64,000 nucleotides of DNA from contig JBNAVT010000002.1 in the NCBI GenBank assembly GCA_049700215.1, forward strand, positions 45,507-109,506, written 5' to 3'. The notes beneath the pieces are model-generated. The model ran no database searches and had not been told where the DNA came from. It saw only the letters and a program-made list of their open reading frames with translations. Positions 29,981-39,260 of this stretch are shown here, in pieces. This DNA comes from Thermoproteota archaeon. Its GTDB lineage: Archaea; Thermoproteota; EX4484-205; JAAOZP01. How positions within the stretch are numbered: position 1 is the stretch's first letter; each line of letters begins with the position of its first letter. The position numbers were made by a program, and so were the translations under genes.

Positions 29981-31381
29981 TTAGACGATAGCCTCCCCCC
30001 TCTCGGTTAGGGAATAATACTCCCTCTTCCTACCCATGACCCTCCTAGACTCCCCCCTCTTAACATACCCTTTTTCAACAAGGTCGGAAAGATGCTGGTA
30101 GACAGTTGGAATCCTGACCTTCATACCGTATTTCTCCCTTAGCCCCCTCCAAACCTCGTACCCATACATGTTTTTCTCAGACAGTAGCCTAAGGATAGCT
30201 GTCTTAGTCGGGCCCAGTCTAATACCTCCGCTCAACTCCTCTATCAACACGCCTAGGCTGGACTTTCTGAAGGCTATTTCCTTCATAACCCTCGGATCCT
30301 TGAGGCCGCTTCCCGTGACGACGCAAACCACCCTGGCGTCCCTGCTTAAGCCTCCGCTTCTAACCAGCTTAATCAAGCCGGCTAGGGAAAGGCTTCCAGC
30401 CGGCTCTGCAAGTATGCCTTCCTTCTCAGCCAGTAGACTCAGGGCTTCGAAGATCTCTTTCTCGCTGACGGATACTGCGAGCCCGCCTGTCTGTCTTATT
30501 GCGCTCAGGGCAGCGTTTCCAAACCTGGGGTTGGCCACGTTTAAGTCGAATATCCTGCTTCTCGGCTCGGCTTCAGCCTCAACGGTTTCTAAGCCTCTTT
30601 CGAAAGCCTTTACTATGGGCTTACAGTCCTCCGGCTGGACTCCGACTATTCCTATACTGCGCTTAGCGACGCCGAGCTCCCTCAGCTCCTTCAGCATCTT
30701 GAAGGTTGCGTAGACTAGGCCTCCTTCTCCCATCGGGAGAATAACATAGTCTGGTTGCCTCCCGCTGAGCTGAAGCAGTATTTCAAGCATGATTGTTTTC
30801 TTAGCCTCGTTTATCAAGGGGTCGTGCTCCACGGCTACGATAGCCCCCCTAGTGCTACGCTTCCCAAAGGAGTTGACTACGCTGACTTCTGCACCATATA
30901 TTATCATCTGGTAGAGCTTTCCAAGGTCTATTGTGGGCTTTACCTGAACGTGCGTCTTTAAACCTGCTTTAGAGGAGTATGCGGCCAGCGAGGCGCCAAG
31001 GTTCCCGGTTGAATAGGTGGAAATCCTCCCGTAGCCGAGACTCAGGGCGACGGATACGAATAAGGCTGAACTCCTGTCCAAGTAGGAGCCCGTTGGCTCA
31101 ACCGTCTCATCCTTAATCCAAAGCTCTTCAACCCCGATGCTTTTCTCAATCCTCACCCCGTGCTGGAGCATTGTGGTCCCCTCTCCGAGAGAGACTCTGA
31201 ACTTTCTCTCGACAGCCGGCAGTATCCCGCCATACCTCCATATTCCATGCTCCCCGGGCTCCTCTAAGAAGGATGGTTTAACCTCCAGTGTTAATCCTTG
31301 TCCACACTTATCACACAGCTTCCTCTCCACGTTGAAACTGTAGGCTGCTCCGCAGCCCGTGCATCTTAGAACATGGTTCAA
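29981..31381 (-). CDS. Threonine-synthase-like fold fused to a C-terminal PadR wHTH
   Basis: N-terminal CxxC..CxxC, SLGEG, PTGSYLDR, STGN and TGSGLKD motifs. The C-terminus reads YGYEVW...TVYQHL..L..KGYV...YYSLTERG. Confidence 0.85.
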   Translation of the reverse strand: MNHVLRCTGCGAAYSFNVERKLCDKCGQGLTLEVKPSFLEEPGEHGIWRYGGILPAVERKFRVSLGEGTTMLQHGVRIEKSIGVEELWIKDETVEPTGSYLDRSSALFVSVALSLGYGRISTYSTGNLGASLAAYSSKAGLKTHVQVKPTIDLGKLYQMIIYGAEVSVVNSFGKRSTRGAIVAVEHDPLINEAKKTIMLEILLQLSGRQPDYVILPMGEGGLVYATFKMLKELRELGVAKRSIGIVGVQPEDCKPIVKAFERGLETVEAEAEPRSRIFDLNVANPRFGNAALSAIRQTGGLAVSVSEKEIFEALSLLAEKEGILAEPAGSLSLAGLIKLVRSGGLSRDARVVCVVTGSGLKDPRVMKEIAFRKSSLGVLIEELSGGIRLGPTKTAILRLLSEKNMYGYEVWRGLREKYGMKVRIPTVYQHLSDLVEKGYVKRGESRRVMGRKREYYSLTERGEAIV

Positions 31382-31549
31382 AGCTATGCCCCATCCTAAT
31401 ATATAGGGGGATACTTATACATTTCCTCTCTGCTTGCAGCAATCGTTTCCCGCCAATAAGGATCCGGCTCAGCGAAACCCCTCTCGCCGCTTAAAAAGCC
31501 CCTTATGCAAGGCTGATTAAGCGGTCGTAGCAATCGTTTTATAGTTCCT

Positions 31550-32635
31550 GTGGCATTAAACCTATGGATGCAAAAACCGGATTCAAGGATGGCTCTAACG
31601 CTAGCAATACTTATTATAATTCTCTACGTAAGCCTGCTTATGGTGCAACGGACTGGGAGAAGAGTGTCACAGGGAAACTCAAGCAGCATCGAGGAGTATT
31701 TCAAAACAGTTCCCCTTGAGAAACTGGAGGTTAAGTTCTTCGGATGGGTTACGCCGGACGGTGAAAGCATCAACAGTTTTCTGGCTAACGCTGAAAAGTT
31801 CACCTGGGTTTCTCCAACAGGCTCGATAGTCAATGAACACGGGGTTTTCACCCCTAGAGTGGACAGTAGGGTTGTCGAGGCTGCTAGAAGGAGTAACGTA
31901 AGTATTGTTCCGCTTGTAGCAAACTCAGGCTTCGACAGGAGCTTGGCTCACAGAATCCTTGCGGATCCTGAGGTTAGAAGACGCACGATAGAAGACATAG
32001 TCAGCTTCGTTGTTGAGAACAATTTTTCAGGGATCAACATTGATTACGAGAACATTCCTCCTGAGGATAGGAGTGCGTTAAACTCGTACATGAGGGAGCT
32101 GGCTTCAATCCTACACTCCCACGGGAAGATTGTTACTATAGATGTCTCGGGCAAAACTTGGGACGATGCCTCCGGTTGGGGTGGCGCATGGGACTACAGG
32201 GCTCTAGGCGAGGCCTGTGACTACGTCTGCATAATGTGTTATGATTATCATTGGTCTGGGAGCGAAGCGGGCCCCATAGGACCCTTAGGCTGGCTCAGGG
32301 AAGTCGTTGAATATGCTCTTTCAACAATACCGAGGGAGAAGATAGTAATCGGTATTCCCTTCTACGGTTACAGGTGGCTCGGGAGAAACGGTGTTGGCCT
32401 AACTTTTAAACAGGCGTTGGAGACGGCCAGGAGCGTTGATACGGAGGTTTTTTTCAGCGAGGAGGATGCTGAATACCACTATTCTTACGGCTCATACGAA
32501 GTATGGTTCCAGGGTGCGAAGTCGGTGGAGCTAAAGGCTTCCGCAGTGCTTTCACACGGGATAGATAAGATAGCTGCCTGGAGAGTTGGGCAAGAGGATC
32601 CGAGGGTCTGGGAGGTTATAAGCAGGAAGCCTTAA
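31550..32635 (+). CDS. GH18 hydrolase (YaaH/SleL-like), membrane-anchored
   Basis: GINIDYE, MCYDYH and GIPFYGY motifs, with an N-terminal TM. Confidence 0.88.
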   Translation: MALNLWMQKPDSRMALTLAILIIILYVSLLMVQRTGRRVSQGNSSSIEEYFKTVPLEKLEVKFFGWVTPDGESINSFLANAEKFTWVSPTGSIVNEHGVFTPRVDSRVVEAARRSNVSIVPLVANSGFDRSLAHRILADPEVRRRTIEDIVSFVVENNFSGINIDYENIPPEDRSALNSYMRELASILHSHGKIVTIDVSGKTWDDASGWGGAWDYRALGEACDYVCIMCYDYHWSGSEAGPIGPLGWLREVVEYALSTIPREKIVIGIPFYGYRWLGRNGVGLTFKQALETARSVDTEVFFSEEDAEYHYSYGSYEVWFQGAKSVELKASAVLSHGIDKIAAWRVGQEDPRVWEVISRKP

Positions 32636-33197
32636 CGGGTTCGGGAGGATCCTGTTTCAACCCGCCGGAACCCTTGTTCTCCCTGATTATTCTGATGAGC
32701 TCAGTGAGAAGCAGTATTACGAGAAGGGTGATCAGCACTATCCTGCCGAGACCAGTATTTGCAAGCAGCAGGATGAAGCCGACTAAGTGTATCTTTATCC
32801 CGACCCATTTTCCAACAATATCCTCGTCTCTCGGATTATAACTGTCTGGGTAAGCATTATAATCCCCTTTCGTAACGTATCGCTTACTGCCATACTGGTC
32901 TACTTTAACCCCGATTATCCTGTGAACAATATTCCTGCCTGAATAAGGGTTTCTATAGATGATTACATCACCTACTTGAAGATTCTCCCCCCCGCTTAAG
33001 AGCAGCAGGTCCCCCGGGAAAAGGGTCGGGTACATGCTGCTAACGTACCAGGGGCTCATATCTATCTCCACAACCGCCAGCGGGCTACTGGTTCCCATCA
33101 GGCTGTTTAAAAGAGATATTGACACTGCTATTATTAACACAGGTATTACGATTGTTGTTAAAAACATGTTTAGAGATTCTTTAACCCTGTTATCCAT
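32616..33197 (-). CDS. Archaeal signal peptidase I (S26B)
   Basis: SSMYPTL..GD, IVHRI and TKGDYN..PD motifs. Confidence 0.9.
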   Translation of the reverse strand: MDNRVKESLNMFLTTIVIPVLIIAVSISLLNSLMGTSSPLAVVEIDMSPWYVSSMYPTLFPGDLLLLSGGENLQVGDVIIYRNPYSGRNIVHRIIGVKVDQYGSKRYVTKGDYNAYPDSYNPRDEDIVGKWVGIKIHLVGFILLLANTGLGRIVLITLLVILLLTELIRIIRENKGSGGLKQDPPEPVKASCL

Positions 33198-33210
33198 TTC
33201 CTAAACCCGT

Positions 33211-33843
33211 CTAGTCTTCTTCAACTTCCACGTATCTTGTTCCGAAAGTCTCCTCAGCCGCGCTGGGGTGAGCTGCTTCCGCCTCTCTTCTGAGCCTGAC
33301 TAGGGAGTACACGAGTATGACGAGCCCAGCTACGAACCCTAGGGATGGTCCCACTGTTCTCAGAAGGTCAACCTGCTCCTCCCATTGTATGTCTTTATGG
33401 AGCCATGACTCCGTTATTTTGAATGTTGCTTTAACAACACTATTACCCGTGGTGGTTGCGTTTAACACGTAAACGTCTTCACCTGTTATCATAAGATCCT
33501 CTATAGTGTGGTTTCCAGTGTTGAAACTGTTTTGAATAATGCTCGTGCTGTTTTTCCCAAATACCAGCACGTTGAGTGTACCGTTGGTTTCAACGTTAAG
33601 ACTAACCTTATACTGTTCCCCCTTCGCCGGGTTTAAGCGAACCTCCATTATCTTCTCCATGCCAGTTATAGTCTTTGAGATCGGCCCATACTCCTGCGGT
33701 GGGAACGGTATTAAAACCTCCTTGGAAGTAACCATAGTAATGGGCTTTCCAGTAAAAACCATGTTAGCCACAAATGGTGATGAAACCGAGGCAAGTATCA
33801 CGCCTGCGATAGCCATGATCAAACATTTCTTCCCAACATCCAT
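33211..33843 (-). CDS. Hypothetical membrane protein (2 TM)
   Basis: N- and C-terminal TMs around a beta-rich domain. Operonic with the signal peptidase. Confidence 0.7.
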   Translation of the reverse strand: MDVGKKCLIMAIAGVILASVSSPFVANMVFTGKPITMVTSKEVLIPFPPQEYGPISKTITGMEKIMEVRLNPAKGEQYKVSLNVETNGTLNVLVFGKNSTSIIQNSFNTGNHTIEDLMITGEDVYVLNATTTGNSVVKATFKITESWLHKDIQWEEQVDLLRTVGPSLGFVAGLVILVYSLVRLRREAEAAHPSAAEETFGTRYVEVEED

Positions 33844-33849
33844 TTCCTC

Positions 33850-34170
33850 TCACCCTGATACTTTCTCCAGCCTGCCGCTTCTTTCAATTAGCAGGAATAC
33901 GTGTTTACCGTCAACTTGACTGTATTTTTCTGAGACGACGCGTTTAATTTCCTCCATATGCCTCCGCGCATGCTCCTCACTCTTAAAAATTATCTTCACT
34001 GAGTAAGGATCGCCTTCCTTCACCTTCTTCTTAAGCTTCTGCCTGAATATTTTTGCCTCCTGCTCGTCAGCCAGATAAACCTTGCCGCTTGCAATCTCCT
34101 CATTACCATAGATTATGCTAATAGCCTTAGTATACTTGTCGGGTTGCTCCGTTTCAACTATTTTCAGCAA
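33850..34170 (-). CDS. Hypothetical protein
   Basis: 106-aa ORF, co-oriented with and tightly spaced to downstream genes. Confidence 0.6.
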   Translation of the reverse strand: MLKIVETEQPDKYTKAISIIYGNEEIASGKVYLADEQEAKIFRQKLKKKVKEGDPYSVKIIFKSEEHARRHMEEIKRVVSEKYSQVDGKHVFLLIERSGRLEKVSG

Positions 34171-34342
34171 AGGAGTTCCTCCCGATTGTTAAGGCGGTGA
34201 AGATTTAAGGTTTACGGTTTAAACTAAAACTGTTTTACAGAATTAAAAAACTCTTTCTAAGTCAAGCGCTGCTCTAAATTAGAAGCATGTCTGCCGATGC
34301 TCTTCGACACTCGGTTAACACCGCATTGGCTTAAGCATCAGG

Positions 34343-34350
34343 TTTATATA
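34343..34350 (+). promoter_or_regulatory. TATA box of the luxE-like operon
   Basis: TTTATATA ending 28 nt before ATG 34379, which is leaderless-type spacing. Confidence 0.5.
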
Positions 34351-34378
34351 TCGTGTTATCGGATTCTAACCCTAACCT

Positions 34379-35635
34379 ATGAATTCCTCAGAAATATTTG
34401 AAGCCGCGTCTAAAAGTAGGCTTTTAAAAGATCCTTACGTGGAAAAAATATGGGCCTTGATGAGTGATAAAAACCTTTTCTCAAAGTCTCCAGACTATCT
34501 CAGTAAACTCAGGAAGAGTCTTCTCAGAGATGCTTTAGACTATTTTTCGAGACATAGTGATTATTACCGTGAACTTTTCGAGAGGCTTGGAATAAGACCC
34601 CGGGATGCTGAGCTGGAGGATCTAGCGAAGCTCGCAGTCCCATCGGATGTTCTAAGGGGAGAGGGGCATAAGCAGTTTCTAATCAAAGACGTGGAGGAGA
34701 ATGGGGAGTATTTCATGTCAAGCGGCACGACTAATCCTAATCCTGTAAAGGTTTACAGGAGTCCTCTCGACCTTGCGATCATGATACTGGGCAATACCTA
34801 TCTTTTCGAATACGTTTACGGGAAGGAGGTTGAAAGAGAGAGGGGAATCGCGCTTTTCATGGCTGCCCCAGAGCTTAGGCACAGGCTTAACTTTGTGGCT
34901 TTCGTGCATCTCACTCTAGAGTCAAAGAAGATTCCTCTTCTCTACGGCATGAACCTGGTTGAGGGGACTACGGAGGGGAAGCCTTGGCAGAAGCTTGTCC
35001 CCAACCAGGAGAATGTCCTTCGTTTCCTGAGAAGCAGGGAGGAGCCTAAACTCCTTTTCACCGCGCCCGCCGGCGTCTATTTGCTGTCTAAAAAGTTTAA
35101 GGATATGAACATTGTTCATAGGCTCGCATACAGGCTGCTGAAAATCATGCCGATAAACCTTGGAAGAGGAGGCGTCATCGTAACAGGCGGTGGCACAAAG
35201 GGCTTTGACCTGCCGCCTTACGATAAGACCGTTGAATTCTCCAGAAAATATTTTGTTTCACGCGACCAGGATGGAGGTGCTCAGGAGGTTCCCTTCATGG
35301 ATGTTTACGGGATGACTGAGACATTAACCGCTATGCTGGATAGGTTTGGTGAAATGGATAAGATACCGCACCCGCTTTCCGAAGTTTTCATACTAAACCC
35401 TAAAACCTTCGAGTTAGCCAAGGAGGAGGATGCGGAGGGTATTGTTGGAGTATTTAATCCTTTCACAACATCTTGGCTTGAAATATTTTATCCCGGGGAC
35501 ATTATGCGTAGCCATCCCTCAAACAGGTATTATGGGAAGGAGTACGTGTTCGTCAGGAGGCTGAGTGTCGACGAGGGCTGGAGTCTTCAGCGAGCGTGCG
35601 GCGGAACCCTGGAGGAGCTAATGGGCAGAGGCTAG
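34379..35635 (+). CDS. LuxE-like acyl-protein synthetase (ANL superfamily)
   Basis: MSSGTT loop, YGMTE, PGD, and C-terminal RACGG resembling the LuxE acyl-accepting RGC. Confidence 0.72.
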   Translation: MNSSEIFEAASKSRLLKDPYVEKIWALMSDKNLFSKSPDYLSKLRKSLLRDALDYFSRHSDYYRELFERLGIRPRDAELEDLAKLAVPSDVLRGEGHKQFLIKDVEENGEYFMSSGTTNPNPVKVYRSPLDLAIMILGNTYLFEYVYGKEVERERGIALFMAAPELRHRLNFVAFVHLTLESKKIPLLYGMNLVEGTTEGKPWQKLVPNQENVLRFLRSREEPKLLFTAPAGVYLLSKKFKDMNIVHRLAYRLLKIMPINLGRGGVIVTGGGTKGFDLPPYDKTVEFSRKYFVSRDQDGGAQEVPFMDVYGMTETLTAMLDRFGEMDKIPHPLSEVFILNPKTFELAKEEDAEGIVGVFNPFTTSWLEIFYPGDIMRSHPSNRYYGKEYVFVRRLSVDEGWSLQRACGGTLEELMGRG

Positions 35636-37099
35636 TTGGACACTATGCTTGAGCTTAAACCGTTCTGCAGCCACAGGCATACTGCCGTGGAAAAAACACA
35701 GAGCCATTACAGGATCCTAGAGGTTAGCAGAGAAAGCCTGCGGGAGATCATCAATAGGTCTTCAGAGGTTCAGGGAAGGCTTTCAAGCCTAGGGGTTCGG
35801 GAACGGCTTGGAGTAATAGAGGAGATGGGTAAAATATGGAGGGAGAAGCTTAGCGATGGCAGGCTTGAAAACCTGAAGAAGATTCTTGCTAGAACAACAG
35901 GGTATGGTGAAAAGCTGATAGAAATGGAGTTTTCACTGATCCCGATGGTTTTAAGCGGCGAAAACATCCGTGAAAATTTGGAATACTCCCCTGCCAGGGA
36001 CATCCGGGTGTTTGAAAGATTCGTCGAGATGAAGAATGGTGAGAGCTTTAGAATCGCCCCCGCAGGGCCTGTACTCATCATAAGCTCAGGCAACTCGCTC
36101 CTTCCAGCGATTATTCCTTCAACCATATCCCTTGCAACTGGAAACCTCACTATTGTAAAACCCTCTCTTTCAAACTACCTAGGGGTTGTTGAAGTATTTG
36201 GTACACTCTGGGAAATAGCCTTAAACTCCGAGGCGGCGAGGACCATGATGGACACGCTTGTCATAAGCTACTTTACGCATGACAGTCCTTCGCTGAGATA
36301 CCTCCTTGGTGAAGCAGAACTCGGCGTGGTAAACTTTTGGGGTGGTGAGCCTGCTAGAACCAGTGTTCTGAGAATGGTTTCGGAAAACCCGAATCACCCT
36401 AAGATCCTTGTAAACGGGCCCTTGACGGGGTGTGCTATCGTAGATGAAAAGTCTGCTGACGAGAAAACGGCTGAAGGCTTAGCGAGAAACATGGTACTTT
36501 ACGATCAACAGTTGTGCAGCTCCCCAACTTCTGGGGTTTTCATCGGCTCCTGGCAGAACGCCCTCTCCTTCACCCGTATGGTTGAAAGATTCTTGGACGA
36601 GATTGGATCGGAATTCGAGTCTGATTTCGACGATACAAGCATTTTTCTCACACAGTCCGCTAGAAGGATCTTCCAGTTGAAGGGATCTCACGTTCTTTCC
36701 TCAAAAAACCCTAAGAATTTTTGGACGCTAGTGGTCTCAAGGGGGAAAAGCCTTCTGGACGAGGTGGTCAACTCACTCCCCGCCTTTAACATCTATACTC
36801 GTAGAAGATTCTTGGAGATGGTTGTTGTAGAATCTATAGACGAGGCGCTGGAACACGTCAGTAAGGTTCCTGGTTCACCTGCTTTCAAAGGAGTAGACGG
36901 TGTCCAAACCATAGGGTATTCTGTAAACTGGGATGAAAAGATTTTTGAAAAACTGGTTTCCCTCGGGGTATTCAGGATCGTGCCTTTAAGCGACATGTTT
37001 ATGAGAAGCCCCATCGAGCCCTACGATGGCGTCGCATTGTTCTCCGCCTTCACCAAAATAGTTTACCGTAGGGATTTAGCGCTATCCTTAAAACCATGA
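35636..37099 (+). CDS. LuxC-like acyl-CoA/acyl-protein reductase (ALDH fold)
   Basis: SSGN, GN..IVKPS, FWGG, GP and YDQQLCSS motifs (compare LuxC YDQxAC, catalytic Cys). Confidence 0.8.
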   Translation: MDTMLELKPFCSHRHTAVEKTQSHYRILEVSRESLREIINRSSEVQGRLSSLGVRERLGVIEEMGKIWREKLSDGRLENLKKILARTTGYGEKLIEMEFSLIPMVLSGENIRENLEYSPARDIRVFERFVEMKNGESFRIAPAGPVLIISSGNSLLPAIIPSTISLATGNLTIVKPSLSNYLGVVEVFGTLWEIALNSEAARTMMDTLVISYFTHDSPSLRYLLGEAELGVVNFWGGEPARTSVLRMVSENPNHPKILVNGPLTGCAIVDEKSADEKTAEGLARNMVLYDQQLCSSPTSGVFIGSWQNALSFTRMVERFLDEIGSEFESDFDDTSIFLTQSARRIFQLKGSHVLSSKNPKNFWTLVVSRGKSLLDEVVNSLPAFNIYTRRRFLEMVVVESIDEALEHVSKVPGSPAFKGVDGVQTIGYSVNWDEKIFEKLVSLGVFRIVPLSDMFMRSPIEPYDGVALFSAFTKIVYRRDLALSLKP

Positions 37100-38094
37100 A
37101 GATACTTGTAACCGGGGCCTCCGGCTTCCTCGGCGGGCATTTAATCGAGGAAATGGTTTCTAAAGGGTATGATGTCGTAGGCATGGTTAGGAAAAGCAGC
37201 GATACGAGTTTCCTGAGAAGCCTCGGCGTGAAGCTTAGGGTTGGGGATCTCACTGTTCCTGAAAGCCTCGAGAAGGCTACGCGGGACATAGACATCGTCA
37301 TACATCTTGCTGCATACTACACTTTCTTCGGGGAAAAAGAGACGTATAGGAGGGTTAACGTGGAAGGCACAAGGCTTCTTCTAGAGGCTTCTTTAAGAAA
37401 CAATGTTAAAAGATTCGTCTACTGTAGCTCCACTGAGGCAATAGGTCCTGTTAAGAACCCTCCGGCGGAGGAGGATTCCCCGCCGAATCCTTCCTACGAG
37501 TACGGGAGGTCTAAACTCGAGGCTGAAAAAATAGTTAGGAATTATGGTGAAAGGGGTGTTGAGTACACGATTCTGAGACCATCCGGAATATATGGTCCAA
37601 GGAATATTGACGATATCTCCTACTGGTTTATCACCGCCTACGCTAAAAACACTCTCCCGACAAGAATTATCGTTGGGGATGGGAGGAACCTTATACAGTT
37701 CGCGTACGTGAAGGACGTGGTTCAGGGTTTTCTCCTGGTTCTGGAAAAGCCTGAGGCCTCTGAAAACCAGACTTATTTCATAAGCGAGGACAGGGCTTAT
37801 ACTTACCTGGAGGTTTACGAAATATTGTCTGAACTCTGCAATAGGGCTCCCCCCAGGATTCATATTCCCCCGATGCTTGCAAAAGCGGTTGTGGCTCCTG
37901 TGGATTTGTTCAACAGGCTGAGGGGGAGAGTTGTTTTCACTTGGAGGATCAGTACTGTGAACGATCTTACTTGTGACAGGGCATACAGCGTCAGGAAAGC
38001 AATGAGGGAGCTGGGTTTCAAGCCTAAGTATGATCTTAAGACGGGCTTAAGAGAGACCGTGGAATGGTATAGGGAGAACGGCTATATCCGGTGA
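37096..38094 (+). CDS. Extended SDR (NAD-dependent epimerase/3beta-HSD-like)
   Basis: TGASGFLG, HLAA, YGRSK and RPSGIYGP motifs. It overlaps the luxC-like gene by 4 nt. Confidence 0.9.
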   Translation: MKILVTGASGFLGGHLIEEMVSKGYDVVGMVRKSSDTSFLRSLGVKLRVGDLTVPESLEKATRDIDIVIHLAAYYTFFGEKETYRRVNVEGTRLLLEASLRNNVKRFVYCSSTEAIGPVKNPPAEEDSPPNPSYEYGRSKLEAEKIVRNYGERGVEYTILRPSGIYGPRNIDDISYWFITAYAKNTLPTRIIVGDGRNLIQFAYVKDVVQGFLLVLEKPEASENQTYFISEDRAYTYLEVYEILSELCNRAPPRIHIPPMLAKAVVAPVDLFNRLRGRVVFTWRISTVNDLTCDRAYSVRKAMRELGFKPKYDLKTGLRETVEWYRENGYIR

Positions 38095-38115
38095 CGAGTC
38101 GACCGGCTTAGCCTG

Positions 38116-38862
38116 ATGGTTAGAGCAATAAAATTTATCTTAAGCCGGGCTGAACCCCTTGCAAACACGATGAAGATCAGGGTGCTCCTTGGAACTATCG
38201 ACAGCTCACTCGTTTATTCGGATGCGGTTGTTGCCATAGATGTTTTACGCTCATCTACAACCATATTGACAGCCTTGGCGAATGGCGCTAAGAGTGTTAT
38301 ACCGGCTGCGTCTGTGGACGAGGCTCTAACTGTTGGAGGCAGGCTTCAAGCAGTTGTTGGCGGGGAGGTAAACAGTGTTAAGCCCCCTATGTTTCACCTA
38401 GGAAACTCTCCACTGGAATATGTTCGAAGGAGAATAGGTGGGAAAACAGTTGTACTCTACACCTCCAGCGGAACAAGGCTCCTAAGGTTTCTAATGGCTG
38501 TTTCGGAAAAAGTCTTCGTTGGGGCGGTTGTCAACGTTTCTAAACTTGTGGAGCACATTGTGGAAGAAGGTTTCGGCAACGTGGCGATCGTCACGGCGGG
38601 TAAAACCGGCTCACCCGCTCTTGAAGACTCTTATTGCGCAGGCCTCCTCGTTAAAAGTCTTCCTTGGAACGAGTGCGATAGGAATGCTGAGGTCGTGATG
38701 AAGATCGCTGAGCTCAAAATAGATGTTGTGAAGAGGTCGATTCACGCTTTGGAGCTTGTTAAACTCGGCTTGGAGAAAGACGTGGAGTATTCCCTAACTC
38801 CTGACCGCGTCAGTATAGTGGCTGCCGCTGATCCTTTCAAGGGATGTATCCAGCTCCCTTGA
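38116..38862 (+). CDS. comB: 2-phosphosulfolactate phosphatase family protein
   Basis: IDVLRSSTT, GNSPLE, TSSGTR and ED.YCAG motifs. Confidence 0.85.
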   Translation: MVRAIKFILSRAEPLANTMKIRVLLGTIDSSLVYSDAVVAIDVLRSSTTILTALANGAKSVIPAASVDEALTVGGRLQAVVGGEVNSVKPPMFHLGNSPLEYVRRRIGGKTVVLYTSSGTRLLRFLMAVSEKVFVGAVVNVSKLVEHIVEEGFGNVAIVTAGKTGSPALEDSYCAGLLVKSLPWNECDRNAEVVMKIAELKIDVVKRSIHALELVKLGLEKDVEYSLTPDRVSIVAAADPFKGCIQLP

Positions 38863-39160
38863 CAACCCCCTTCTTCAACATTTTCCTCTGCTCCTTGCTC
38901 TGCTCATACATCCTGACGGCAAGCGAGTGTGAACACATCCTTCTCTTCAAATAGCCTAGGCAGCTACAGTTATAGTTGCCGTAAGCGTCTCTCGAAACTA
39001 TGTAAACCCCGTGGTCTCCCTTAACCTCGTAGCTGGATTTATCAAGCTGGCTGATCCTTTTCTCTTTAAGAATCGTCTTCGCCTTAAGCACCAGCTTCTC
39101 GACTCCTGTCGCATCCCTCTTCTCGCCTTCTTCACCCATCTCTTCAAGACCCCTGCCCAA
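38837..39160 (-). CDS. SWIM zinc-finger protein
   Basis: CSC...CSH motif. Confidence 0.75.
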   Translation of the reverse strand: MGRGLEEMGEEGEKRDATGVEKLVLKAKTILKEKRISQLDKSSYEVKGDHGVYIVSRDAYGNYNCSCLGYLKRRMCSHSLAVRMYEQSKEQRKMLKKGVVKGAGYIP

Positions 39161-39260
39161 AGAGTCTTACCCAGTGTTTTTAAGATTTCCATGCCTGTTG
39201 ATATGCTGGTAACAGGGTTTTGGAAGCCTAAATCGCCATCGGGGGGCAAGCATAGCGTTT

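Noticed and set aside
34379-38094. Bioluminescence operon
   Set aside because: There is no luxA/luxB/luxD/luxG in the window, and luciferase needs O2 whereas the gene content looks anaerobic.
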